DNA of 64,000 nucleotides from a virus (lineage: Duplodnaviria; Caudoviricetes). Below the pieces are notes generated by a model, which was not told the DNA's origin, did not search any database, and was given only the letters and a program-made list of their open reading frames with translations. Location: IMG/VR virus record IMGVR_UViG_3300005326_000040, positions 160,001 to 224,000 of that record. One strand, written 5' to 3'. Each line of letters begins with the position of its first letter. Within the stretch, counting starts at the first letter, position 1. Shown in pieces: positions 1 to 7,390 of the stretch. Position numbers and translations under genes: made by a program.

Positions 1-1
1 C

Positions 2-454
2 GGTTCGTATATTGACAACGGTGTTCGTGTTGCTCCGACTTTTATACCTGACGACAATACTGAGTTCTCTTGCAAGTATTGTAAGGGCCGAGGAATTGTA
101 TCGGAAGGTCAAGGAGATTGGGCTCACGATGAAGGTTTCATTTGCAAGAAATGCATTTCAAATCCCGTTCTCTTCAAGTGCGATGCTTGTAACAAATACC
201 GACGAAAGTCGATGTTTGGCAAGTCTCAAATGTATCGAATGATTACTATTACAGGGCACGGGATGACCGGAGAAATTCAAACGATGTGCCCACAGTGCCG
301 GAAAGAAGCTAACCGCAACTATAGAGCTAGAGATTATGTGGAGCCGCAGCCTGCGCCGGTTCGACGAGCAATCGTACCGGGCTCTATTAACATGATTGCC
401 GCAAACGCAAGGGCAGCTTCGCGTTCTGCTTATCGCGACGATCCTTCTTATTGA
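2..454 (+). CDS. Zn-finger (multiple CxxC) protein, 5'-truncated by window edge
   Basis: Frame of track ORF 212..454 stays open back to base 2 (GSYIDNGVRVAPTF...CKYC...CKKC...CDAC...CPQC); four CxxC motifs. Confidence 0.75.
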   Translation, partial: GSYIDNGVRVAPTFIPDDNTEFSCKYCKGRGIVSEGQGDWAHDEGFICKKCISNPVLFKCDACNKYRRKSMFGKSQMYRMITITGHGMTGEIQTMCPQCRKEANRNYRARDYVEPQPAPVRRAIVPGSINMIAANARAASRSAYRDDPSY

Positions 455-472
455 TTAATAGTTGATTGGTAA

Positions 473-504
473 CGGGGCTAGCTACCACATAGGGGCTAGC
501 CCCG
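473..504 (+). terminator. Strong hairpin, probable intrinsic terminator
   Basis: CGGGGCTAGC/GCTAGCCCCG 10-bp stem after gene stop; weak U-tract. Confidence 0.5.
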
Positions 505-538
505 CCTCTTATTTCTATAACTTTTCTCTAAAAAGAAA

Positions 539-916
539 ATGGGCTCTTTCAAATGTCGGTGTATTATCCCCCATCATTCTGCTCGATTATCAGAAGACTG
601 GACAGAAATTCTGGAAGGAAGTCCGGAGGAAGCCGCTCTAGAATTTCATTCCAAATTCTCTCACGAGTTTGGGCTCAAACATCGCGTTGAAGAAAATAAT
701 AAAGTTTACTTTGTAAATTTTGCACGTATTGAAGTTGAAGGTTTTGGCTCTTTCGTCACGCGTATTTATCATTATGGTATCTGGCGACGAGGAGGAGTTA
801 AACGAACTCTTTCTAAAATCGAAACGCTGGAAGGAATTGCAGCAACATTAAAATATGACGATGACCCAAACACTCTTCTAGCCCCCGGCTGGATGTATGA
901 GGAAGAAGATAAATAA
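539..916 (+). CDS. hypothetical protein
   Basis: 125-aa ORF, ATG start, fits gene packing. Confidence 0.7.
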   Translation: MGSFKCRCIIPHHSARLSEDWTEILEGSPEEAALEFHSKFSHEFGLKHRVEENNKVYFVNFARIEVEGFGSFVTRIYHYGIWRRGGVKRTLSKIETLEGIAATLKYDDDPNTLLAPGWMYEEEDK

Positions 917-1319
917 TGCACCAGAAAGGAAGTTGAATCTGATGAATGAACGGCAAGTTAAAGTAGGAGACGCTGTTGAATTTTATGACTCTATTGCAAA
1001 GGAATATAAGCAAGGTGTTGTTTATGACTTTCATGAAGATCATATCATCATAAAAGATTCAAACAGAAAATTATATTTAGAAAAAAGATTCAACCCGATA
1101 GGAGAACATAAAGACCTACTGGATGACCTGCGAAAAGACAAGCAGCAGGATATTGTAAAAGTAATGCATTCAATCACCAAAGTCGAATTGGACAAATGCG
1201 GTGAATTGAATGTGTGGTTTTATGATGGAGCGAATCCATCTGTGAAGGAAGAGTTTTACAAAAGCAGCTTTACTTATAGACTGTTTGAATTGATGGAAGC
1301 TGAATTGAAAAATCCATAG
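897..1319 (+). CDS. hypothetical protein (start may be ATG 942)
   Basis: 140-aa ORF; AAGGAAG upstream of ATG 942. Confidence 0.7.
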   Translation: MRKKINNAPERKLNLMNERQVKVGDAVEFYDSIAKEYKQGVVYDFHEDHIIIKDSNRKLYLEKRFNPIGEHKDLLDDLRKDKQQDIVKVMHSITKVELDKCGELNVWFYDGANPSVKEEFYKSSFTYRLFELMEAELKNP

Positions 1320-1343
1320 CGTTCTTTGTTGTCGAGCACTTGC

Positions 1344-1371
1344 TTGACATCTAATAATCTTGGCGTATAGT
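1344..1371 (+). promoter_or_regulatory. sigma70-type promoter for tRNA-Leu
   Basis: TTGACA-16 nt-TATAGT. Confidence 0.75.
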
Positions 1372-1424
1372 CGGTGTTGTGAGCAGGACGACTGGTTCTG
1401 CTGAGTCTTTGAAAATTCAGGTAT

Positions 1425-1801
1425 GCCAACGTGGCGGAATCGGCAGACGCAGTGGATTCAGCTTTCAAAATGGATCGCCACAGCCGAAAGGCTATGGTAG
1501 TACGCGGCTAATTCGGGGAACGCTAAAAGGTAAAACAGGTTTTACTTCACGCCAATCCCGAGCTAAATGAACTCTCCAATGGTTCGACCAGTAGAGTTCT
1601 AAATGTGTAGAGACTATATACCGCGCACCTAAGTTGATGGAGCTTATATTGCGAACAGCTAAACGGCTTCAAAGATACGGTGAAGAGATAGTCCAGACCA
1701 CGAACACAACCAGAAACATGCTGGAAGTGGCGCCGAAAGACGAAGTGGCAGGCAAAATCCACCGGGTAACTCCCGTGAGAGTTCAAGTCTCTCCGTTGGC
1801 A
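1425..1801 (+). tRNA. tRNA-Leu(CAA) interrupted by a group I intron (exons 1425-1458 and 1753-1801)
   Basis: Joined exons fold as cloverleaf: acceptor GCCAACG/CGTTGGC, anticodon stem GTGGA/TCCAC with loop TT|CAAAA, long variable arm CGGG-TAACT-CCCG, T arm GAGAG-TTCAAGT-CTCTC. Confidence 0.93.
1459..1752 (+). mobile_element. Group I self-splicing intron (294 nt, no internal endonuclease ORF)
   Basis: P1 GAUU|CA:UGGAUC with U.G wobble at 5' splice site; P AAUUCGGGGAA (1510-1520), Q AAUCCCGAGC (1554-1563), R GUAGAGACUA (1607-1616), S AAGAGAUAGUCC (1683-1694); P3 CGCGG/CCGCG; P7 GACUA/UAGUC; terminal G1752. Confidence 0.93.
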
Positions 1802-2248
1802 CTATACATTCTTTTGAGGAAACACCTTCTCAACTTCCCTTACATATTTCTCAACTCCACCCAATACATCATAAATAAATCCAGGCGCAATACTTTTGAC
1901 AGCGTTGACTACCTGTGTTATCTCTGATATAATCCTTTGCTTTTCATCCTTTATATCCTCAGCGGCGCTAAAGACTTTCACAGCGACGATAGAATCAATA
2001 ACGTCTTTAGTGACTGTGAATTCTTTTTCTTTCTTAAGAAGGCCAATCAAAGCACTAGCGTTAGCTTTTGCTTTCGTTGCTATCGTAACAACCTCCGGCT
2101 TGGTACTTGAAGAAAGTTTTCCGCCAGCTTGCATGACATTTGAAAGTAGATTGATGGCGGCTTGAACGTTAGCATCCTGAGCGTTCTTGAGAAGAGAGGC
2201 TAGGACGGAAGAAGTAATCAGGGAGGAAGAAGAAAGTTTCGTTATCAT
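1802..2248 (-). CDS. hypothetical protein inside tRNA cluster
   Basis: 148-aa ORF filling the gap between tRNA-Leu and tRNA-Arg. Confidence 0.6.
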   Translation of the reverse strand: MITKLSSSSLITSSVLASLLKNAQDANVQAAINLLSNVMQAGGKLSSSTKPEVVTIATKAKANASALIGLLKKEKEFTVTKDVIDSIVAVKVFSAAEDIKDEKQRIISEITQVVNAVKSIAPGFIYDVLGGVEKYVREVEKVFPQKNV

Positions 2249-2281
2249 TTAGACTGATGAGGAAATAGTAGTAAATCATTT

Positions 2282-2354
2282 GTCCTCGTAGCTCAGGGGA
2301 TAGAGCGGCTGCCTCCTAAGCAGCGGGTCGCCCGTTCAAATCGGGCCGAGGACG
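2282..2354 (+). tRNA. tRNA-Arg(CCT)
   Basis: GTCCTCG/CGAGGAC acceptor, D-loop with A20, GCTGC-CTCCTAA-GCAGC, T arm GCCCG-TTCAAAT-CGGGC. Confidence 0.93.
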
Positions 2355-2396
2355 CTAAAAAGAATTCTAGTAATTATGATATATACATTCACATAT

Positions 2397-2468
2397 CGCG
2401 GAATGGCGCAGAAGCAGCGCGTAAGATTCATGATCTTAAGGCCATAGGTGCAAGTCCTATTTCCGCAA
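2397..2468 (+). tRNA. tRNA-Met(CAT) with fMet-type acceptor stem, atypical
   Basis: CGCGGAA/TTCCGCA-A acceptor with C1xA72 mismatch; TAAGA-TTCATGA-TCTTA; T-loop TGCAAGT. Confidence 0.8.
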
Positions 2469-2472
2469 CTAT

Positions 2473-2546
2473 TGAGGCGTAGCTCAATTGGATAGAGCGT
2501 CGGTTTCTGGCACCGAATGTTGTGAGTTCAAGCCTTACCGCCTCAG
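2473..2546 (+). tRNA. tRNA-Gln(CTG)
   Basis: TGAGGCG/CGCCTCA-G (U1:A72, G73), TCGGT-TTCTGGC-ACCGA, T-loop TTCAAGC. Confidence 0.88.
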
Positions 2547-2547
2547 C

Positions 2548-2624
2548 CGCAAGATGGAGTAAATGGCAACTCGCCGTCCCATATAAGGACGGAAATCTGT
2601 ACTAGCCTCACAGTCTTGCCACCA
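2548..2624 (+). ncRNA. non-canonical tRNA-like element with encoded CCA
   Basis: Acceptor CGCAAGA/TCTTGCC-A-CCA (C1xC72), D arm GAGT-AAATGGCA-ACTC, 6-bp stem CCGTCC/GGACGG with loop CATATAA, T arm without TTC. Confidence 0.6.
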
Positions 2625-2649
2625 CTTTGAAAAGAAAGAAGCAAGTCAA

Positions 2650-2841
2650 ATGAAAATGGCACCAGCTGATATCGCTCCTGTGCTCATTGTTCTTATTATT
2701 TGCGCTTCCTCCGTTACATGTCAAGCAATAAATACTGGAAAATATTGTAAGGCAGCATGTGACCCTAATCCGGTAGAACAATGCAGCACATTTTCTATCA
2801 AGTGCGCTCAAGCTGTAAAGCCAGAGATTAAGAAAGAATAA
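2650..2841 (+). CDS. small secreted Cys-rich protein
   Basis: Hydrophobic N-terminus, six Cys in 63 aa. Confidence 0.55.
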   Translation: MKMAPADIAPVLIVLIICASSVTCQAINTGKYCKAACDPNPVEQCSTFSIKCAQAVKPEIKKE

Positions 2842-2859
2842 AAATCTACGGATTGATTT

Positions 2860-2887
2860 TTGACGATTTAAACTGCTCGGCTATAAG
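2860..2887 (+). promoter_or_regulatory. sigma70-type promoter
   Basis: TTGACG-16 nt-TATAAG. Confidence 0.5.
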
Positions 2888-2912
2888 GTAATTTTTTGAT
2901 ATCCATTTTATC

Positions 2913-3308
2913 ATGGATATAAACAAGATTGCTGAAGCTATAGAAATTTTTGTAAAGTTTGCTGCTGAACCTAAAGATGATTCAGAGGAAGTTAAAAGAA
3001 TATATGAAAAGGATATGCCAGCAATTGAACGCTTGAAGATGTACATTAGAGAAGCTGAAGATTGGGTTAAGATTGGATATTTGCTTGGTGAAACTCAGAT
3101 GGAAGATGGTGACTTTGAGAGTTCTGCTTGGTTTGACATAATTGGCGCTTTTAAATATTTCCATGATAAAGAGTTGGCAAACTTCAAGGTTCCACAAGAG
3201 CACTGGGCAGAAGTAGTTCAAGGATATGCTAAAGCAAAAAACTATTCCAAAGAGGATTTAGAACTGGTGGTAAAGCAAACGAATGAATACATTAAGAAAC
3301 ATAAATAA
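2913..3308 (+). CDS. hypothetical protein (N-terminal K-x-A motifs)
   Basis: 131-aa ORF MDINKIAEAIEIFVKFAAE. Confidence 0.75.
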   Translation: MDINKIAEAIEIFVKFAAEPKDDSEEVKRIYEKDMPAIERLKMYIREAEDWVKIGYLLGETQMEDGDFESSAWFDIIGAFKYFHDKELANFKVPQEHWAEVVQGYAKAKNYSKEDLELVVKQTNEYIKKHK

Positions 3309-3330
3309 ATTCTTATCCAATTCATCGTTC

Positions 3331-3358
3331 TTGACAATCTGATTCCATCAAGTATACT
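3331..3358 (+). promoter_or_regulatory. sigma70-type promoter
   Basis: TTGACA-16 nt-TATACT just upstream of ATG 3365. Confidence 0.7.
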
Positions 3359-3364
3359 CTCCTC

Positions 3365-3622
3365 ATGGCAACGAAGATTACGTTGACGATTCCGGACGAC
3401 TTTACCCAGCTTGAACGTGGAATGATTCATTACCTTTTGAAGAATGCGTTGCGGCAATATCGTTCTGTTAGGATGCCTCCGGAACTTTTTGTCAGCAGAC
3501 AATATGGGTTGACAGCAAGCACAGACGACAAAATTGTTTTCTCTGCCAAGGTAGCTGAAACCCAAGGTGAGCTTTGTTTGGTGGAAAAGCTGCTAAAGGT
3601 TGACGTAGAGGTTGAGAAATGA
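3365..3622 (+). CDS. hypothetical protein
   Basis: 85-aa ORF after promoter; stop overlaps next start. Confidence 0.7.
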   Translation: MATKITLTIPDDFTQLERGMIHYLLKNALRQYRSVRMPPELFVSRQYGLTASTDDKIVFSAKVAETQGELCLVEKLLKVDVEVEK

Positions 3623-3846
3623 CAAAGCTACAGATTGAAGCTAATTCAAGATTTGTTTCTGCCCGTTGGGATTATTTGTCGGCGAACGGTTGGGTGTTTG
3701 TGGAAACTGTAGCGGCTAACGCAGCTACTAGATGGTGGAAAGCTCCTGACCATTTGGTGAAAGATATGCAAAAAGAATTTCGAGAGGATGAAGCGGCGAG
3801 ACTGCAAGAATCTTGGGACAATGATCAACTAAAAGAAAAAGAATGA
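3619..3846 (+). CDS. hypothetical protein
   Basis: 75-aa ORF, ATGA overlap with previous gene. Confidence 0.7.
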   Translation: MTKLQIEANSRFVSARWDYLSANGWVFVETVAANAATRWWKAPDHLVKDMQKEFREDEAARLQESWDNDQLKEKE

Positions 3847-3852
3847 AGTAAT

Positions 3853-3881
3853 TTGACATGGAATAAAAGCTGATATATAGT
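3853..3881 (+). promoter_or_regulatory. sigma70-type promoter for tRNA-Ile
   Basis: TTGACA-17 nt-TATAGT. Confidence 0.75.
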
Positions 3882-3890
3882 AGTCCATAT

Positions 3891-3963
3891 ACGCCGGTAG
3901 CTCAGTGGTAAGAGCAGAGTCCTTATAAGGCTTTGGTCGGTAGTTCAATCCTACCTCGGCGTA
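3891..3963 (+). tRNA. tRNA-Ile(TAT)
   Basis: ACGCCGG/TCGGCGT-A, GAGTC-CTTATAA-GGCTT, T arm GGTAG-TTCAATC-CTACC. Confidence 0.9.
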
Positions 3964-4016
3964 CCTAGACGCACATTATACTACATCCTGACCGGTTATA
4001 ACTTCTTGAATAAGTT

Positions 4017-4220
4017 ATGAAAATCATCTTTGAAGATAACATTTCTGTATTCCAACGCCCGCCTATCGAGAAACAATTTAAAGATTGGGAAGAACTGAAA
4101 AAGCTTCTCAAGGAATATGGCGACTATAAGTACGCTTATACTGCCGTCATCTATGATGACAACAATAACGCTATTATTCCGTTAATCATATCTGACACCG
4201 CAGGTTGGACTGTCGGATAA
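4017..4220 (+). CDS. hypothetical protein
   Basis: 67-aa ORF. Confidence 0.6.
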   Translation: MKIIFEDNISVFQRPPIEKQFKDWEELKKLLKEYGDYKYAYTAVIYDDNNNAIIPLIISDTAGWTVG

Positions 4221-4254
4221 CAAACTAACTTTATTCGGGAAGTAGGGGAATCCT

Positions 4255-5253
4255 ATGCCTCGTATGCCTTATATTGATATTGAGATGCCGCACATTCCTC
4301 ATATTGATACTCGTGGCGTAGTGTTTCAAATGTTTCAAATGCCAGATTATAACGCTTTTGTAGAGCATCTTGCGCGTTTGGGCGGACAGCTTATTAACTC
4401 TGAACACGCCGAAGAAAATACGAGAACAACCATGTACGAAAACTACAAGAATACCGTTAGCGTTGAACTCTGGACCATGTTCGACAAGCTCATCTGTGAC
4501 TCTTTTCATCATATTCGCCATGAGATGCGTGTTAACGGTAACGATACGATCAACGCTGGCTTCCGTCGTAACAATCATCCTTACGCCTATGCGGTTGGAA
4601 TGATCGCCAGTCTTGCGAAACTCAGCGGTGTTACCGAAGATATCTCTGTGGTTCCTGACGGCAACCTGGGTAACATCTCCCAGAAGATGCGGGAATTGAT
4701 TATTCATTTTGAGGAGAAGGTTCTCAAGGAAGAAGGTTTCCGCAGTCACAATATGTGCGATCATTGCTTTACGAAGTACGGTTTGGACTCACGCCGCAAG
4801 CAGCTTCCTGTTGAATTCGTTTTGCTTGGTAGCCCGGACCTCAAGGATGTTCTTATCGAGAGTTCGGAGAAGGGTGGACCCAGCCCTCGTTCGCTTATCA
4901 TTGCTACTGGCCTTACGGACACAAGTGAGTTTGCGTTCTACAATGCTTCTTACGAGATGAGGGACCTTTCTATTCTGAATCTCAGCGAAGTCATTGATAC
5001 CTTTGATCCTGCTGCTGGCGAAAAGTTCAAGAATGAAATGATTGTTAAGTCGCGTGGCGGCTGCACTTGCGGTCATTGTCCTCCTTCGGTTCATTGGGTT
5101 GAAGGCGTGAAGGTTACTCCGGACGATATGGGTCAGACCATTCGGTTTGAAAAGAAGGATTCTGACATTCGAGTTGAGATCAGCGTGCGTGACTTCTTGT
5201 ACGCAGTGGACCCCAACTTCAAGAAGATTGTGGATGCGGCGAAGGAATCTTGA
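4255..5253 (+). CDS. hypothetical protein with Cys/His clusters
   Basis: 332-aa ORF, GGGG RBS; CDHC and CTCGHC motifs. Confidence 0.85.
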   Translation: MPRMPYIDIEMPHIPHIDTRGVVFQMFQMPDYNAFVEHLARLGGQLINSEHAEENTRTTMYENYKNTVSVELWTMFDKLICDSFHHIRHEMRVNGNDTINAGFRRNNHPYAYAVGMIASLAKLSGVTEDISVVPDGNLGNISQKMRELIIHFEEKVLKEEGFRSHNMCDHCFTKYGLDSRRKQLPVEFVLLGSPDLKDVLIESSEKGGPSPRSLIIATGLTDTSEFAFYNASYEMRDLSILNLSEVIDTFDPAAGEKFKNEMIVKSRGGCTCGHCPPSVHWVEGVKVTPDDMGQTIRFEKKDSDIRVEISVRDFLYAVDPNFKKIVDAAKES

Positions 5254-5293
5254 TAGACACGCAACTGGAATAGACTTCCATAAAAGAGGTGCG

Positions 5294-6034
5294 ATGGGAA
5301 CCATTGTTATTGCTCATCGTATTTTCCCTGATTGGCCTATTGTAGTTGCGGCCAATCGTCATGAAAAATTCGGCAGACCATCAACAGGGTGGGAACATCA
5401 TCCTACCGAGGCTTATGTTTTTGCCCCTCGTGACCTTGTGCATAAGGGGACTTGGATTGGAATTAACAAAAAATATGGAACACTAGTTGCGATTACGAAC
5501 AATGCTATTCCAGAAATGAAAGGTAAGAAGTCTAGAGGGCAGCTGGCTTTGGGATGTCTTTCGCTGCCCTCTGTTGCTTCTATGCCTACCTTTGATGTTA
5601 CTTCTAAATTCAAAGCTAACTACAACGGTTTTCATCTCGTGCTGTTGGACCAGCAGTGCGGGATGATGACCGGCAATTACCGGCAAAATGTACTTACTGC
5701 TATTGCTCCGGACCCTGGTCTTCATGTGGTGACGGAGCGAGGTTTTACCAAAGGGCATTGTGGTCGCGCCAATGTTATTGAAAATGTATTTAGCGCAACC
5801 GTAAAAAATATTACCAATCCGCATGAGCATCCAGAAGCATTTGATCTTCTGTTGAATTTTCATGTGGACGGAAGTCCAAAAAACGATTGTTGTGTGCATG
5901 ATCATAACGAACCTCACAAAACAATTTCTTCTTCTCTAATCTTTATTGGCAAGCAAGGCGCTATTGTTTACGAACGTAACGGCTTTGCTTGCGTCAAACC
6001 ATTCAACAAGAAGCATGAAATAAAACTGGGATAA
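5294..6034 (+). CDS. NRDE/TANGO2-family (Ntn-hydrolase-like) protein
   Basis: AGAGGT RBS before ATG 5294; MGTIVIAH..DWPIVVAANRHE, GTWIGIN, SRGQL, NGFHLV, HKTISSSLI. Confidence 0.8.
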   Translation: MGTIVIAHRIFPDWPIVVAANRHEKFGRPSTGWEHHPTEAYVFAPRDLVHKGTWIGINKKYGTLVAITNNAIPEMKGKKSRGQLALGCLSLPSVASMPTFDVTSKFKANYNGFHLVLLDQQCGMMTGNYRQNVLTAIAPDPGLHVVTERGFTKGHCGRANVIENVFSATVKNITNPHEHPEAFDLLLNFHVDGSPKNDCCVHDHNEPHKTISSSLIFIGKQGAIVYERNGFACVKPFNKKHEIKLG

Positions 6035-6036
6035 AT

Positions 6037-6255
6037 ATGGATTGGGATGAATGGTGTAAACAGTATCCGGCTGAGCCGCTGCTGCATAAGCCCACTGACG
6101 CGGAGCTTCCTATTGAAACTAACGGATATGAATGCCAAGTAGAAGCAGAGCATATAAAAGAAGGACTAGAAAGAGATTACAATATAGGTGGAATGATTGT
6201 TGGTGAATGGTCAGGCCGCTTCTATGTTGTTTGGCGCGACATTGTTTTACGATAA
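6037..6255 (+). CDS. hypothetical protein
   Basis: 72-aa ORF. Confidence 0.65.
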   Translation: MDWDEWCKQYPAEPLLHKPTDAELPIETNGYECQVEAEHIKEGLERDYNIGGMIVGEWSGRFYVVWRDIVLR

Positions 6256-6258
6256 TGT

Positions 6259-6714
6259 TTGTTTTTCAGATGCAGGAGTTTTATCATGGTTGACCCAACC
6301 ACCCCTCCGCCTCCAAGCAAAGGGCTTTACGTAACTATTTTGGTTGGCTTACCGGGTTCCGGGAAGATGCTCTATGCATCCAACATTACAATCGAAGGTT
6401 TCCCTAGAATCTATATGGATAACATTAGGGACGATGAGATATTCCTCCAAACCATGCATGATGGTTATTCGATTATTATTGCTGACCCTGTTCTTTGTTT
6501 GACTAGCGCCAGGAATATTACCTATCGGAACATAAAAGCCAAGGGGTATTTGTGTTCCTGGAATTATTTCGATAACAATTTGGAGCGATGCTGGGCAAAC
6601 ATCGTAAAACGAAAAGAAGAAAAAAAGTATCCGTATAAGCTACTGAAATGGCTTTCTTCTCAGTATAAAATCCCGACCGATACATCGATGGTTAGAAGCG
6701 TATACATTGCATAA
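6259..6714 (+). CDS. P-loop kinase-like (AAA_33/PNK-like) protein
   Basis: ILVGLPGSGK Walker A-like (Met after Lys), IIIAD Walker B-like, CWANIVKR lid-like segment. Confidence 0.6.
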   Translation: MFFRCRSFIMVDPTTPPPPSKGLYVTILVGLPGSGKMLYASNITIEGFPRIYMDNIRDDEIFLQTMHDGYSIIIADPVLCLTSARNITYRNIKAKGYLCSWNYFDNNLERCWANIVKRKEEKKYPYKLLKWLSSQYKIPTDTSMVRSVYIA

Positions 6715-6721
6715 AGGCTAA

Positions 6722-7390
6722 ATGAAAATCGTAATAAAAATTCCAACCAAGAATAGAGTGAACTTATTTTTCCCTTTGTTGGATTCTTATTATGCTTTGC
6801 TTTCCAACAAGCACGATGTGCAGTTTATTATTAACTGTGATCAAAATGATTTCTCGATGCGAAGTATGTTGACGGTTGAAAGACTGAAAACATATAAGAA
6901 TCTAACATATTGTTTTGCTCCAAACAAAACAAAAATTGAAGCTATCAATGCGAATTTAGATAAGCTTCCAGAAGACTTCGATGTTTTAGTTTTGTCTTCT
7001 GATGATATGACCCCTATAAAGCAGGGGTATGACGATGTGATTGCTCAAACCATGCTTGAGAATTTTCCGGATACGGACGGAGCCTTATGGTTCAATGACG
7101 GAACGCAAAGCAACGGTTTGAATACCCTTCCAATTATGGGTAAAAAGTATTTTCAAAGGTTCGGGTATATCTACCACCCAAGCTACAAATCTTTTTATGC
7201 TGACAATGAGTATACTCAGGTCGGCAAAAGCTTGGGGAAATTGCACTATGTGGATTCTGTTATTATCCGGCACGACCATTGTACAACAACAAAAGCTCGT
7301 TTACGGGATGAGCTTTATTGGGAAAATGAAAAATACTGGTATCAGGACGCTGACACTTTCCGTGAACGGGAAGCTAAGAATTTTGGATGA
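6722..7390 (+). CDS. glycosyltransferase, GT-A/GT2-like
   Basis: PTKNR start, SSDDM DxD-like motif, WFNDG, YKSFYADNEYT, IRHDH. Confidence 0.75.
   Translation: MKIVIKIPTKNRVNLFFPLLDSYYALLSNKHDVQFIINCDQNDFSMRSMLTVERLKTYKNLTYCFAPNKTKIEAINANLDKLPEDFDVLVLSSDDMTPIKQGYDDVIAQTMLENFPDTDGALWFNDGTQSNGLNTLPIMGKKYFQRFGYIYHPSYKSFYADNEYTQVGKSLGKLHYVDSVIIRHDHCTTTKARLRDELYWENEKYWYQDADTFREREAKNFG

Noticed and set aside
12-242. Track ORF of 76 aa
   Set aside because: The overlapping frame (2..454) is open throughout and carries CxxC motifs; this is a shadow ORF
1379-1927. ORFs 1379..1570, 1547..1786 and 1634..1927 as an intron-encoded endonuclease
   Set aside because: They overlap conserved tRNA and ribozyme elements and have no LAGLIDADG, GIY-YIG or HNH motif
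2548-2624. Pyrrolysine or suppressor tRNA
   Set aside because: The 6-bp anticodon stem is Pyl-like but the loop has no CUA, UCA or UUA anticodon
1801-3990. Theta or HDV-like ribozymes after tRNAs
   Set aside because: tRNA trailers are AT-rich or lead straight into the next tRNA; no nested double pseudoknot could be built
5147-5293. N-terminal extension of the NRDE ORF
   Set aside because: It overlaps the 4255 gene; the family start and an RBS are at ATG 5294
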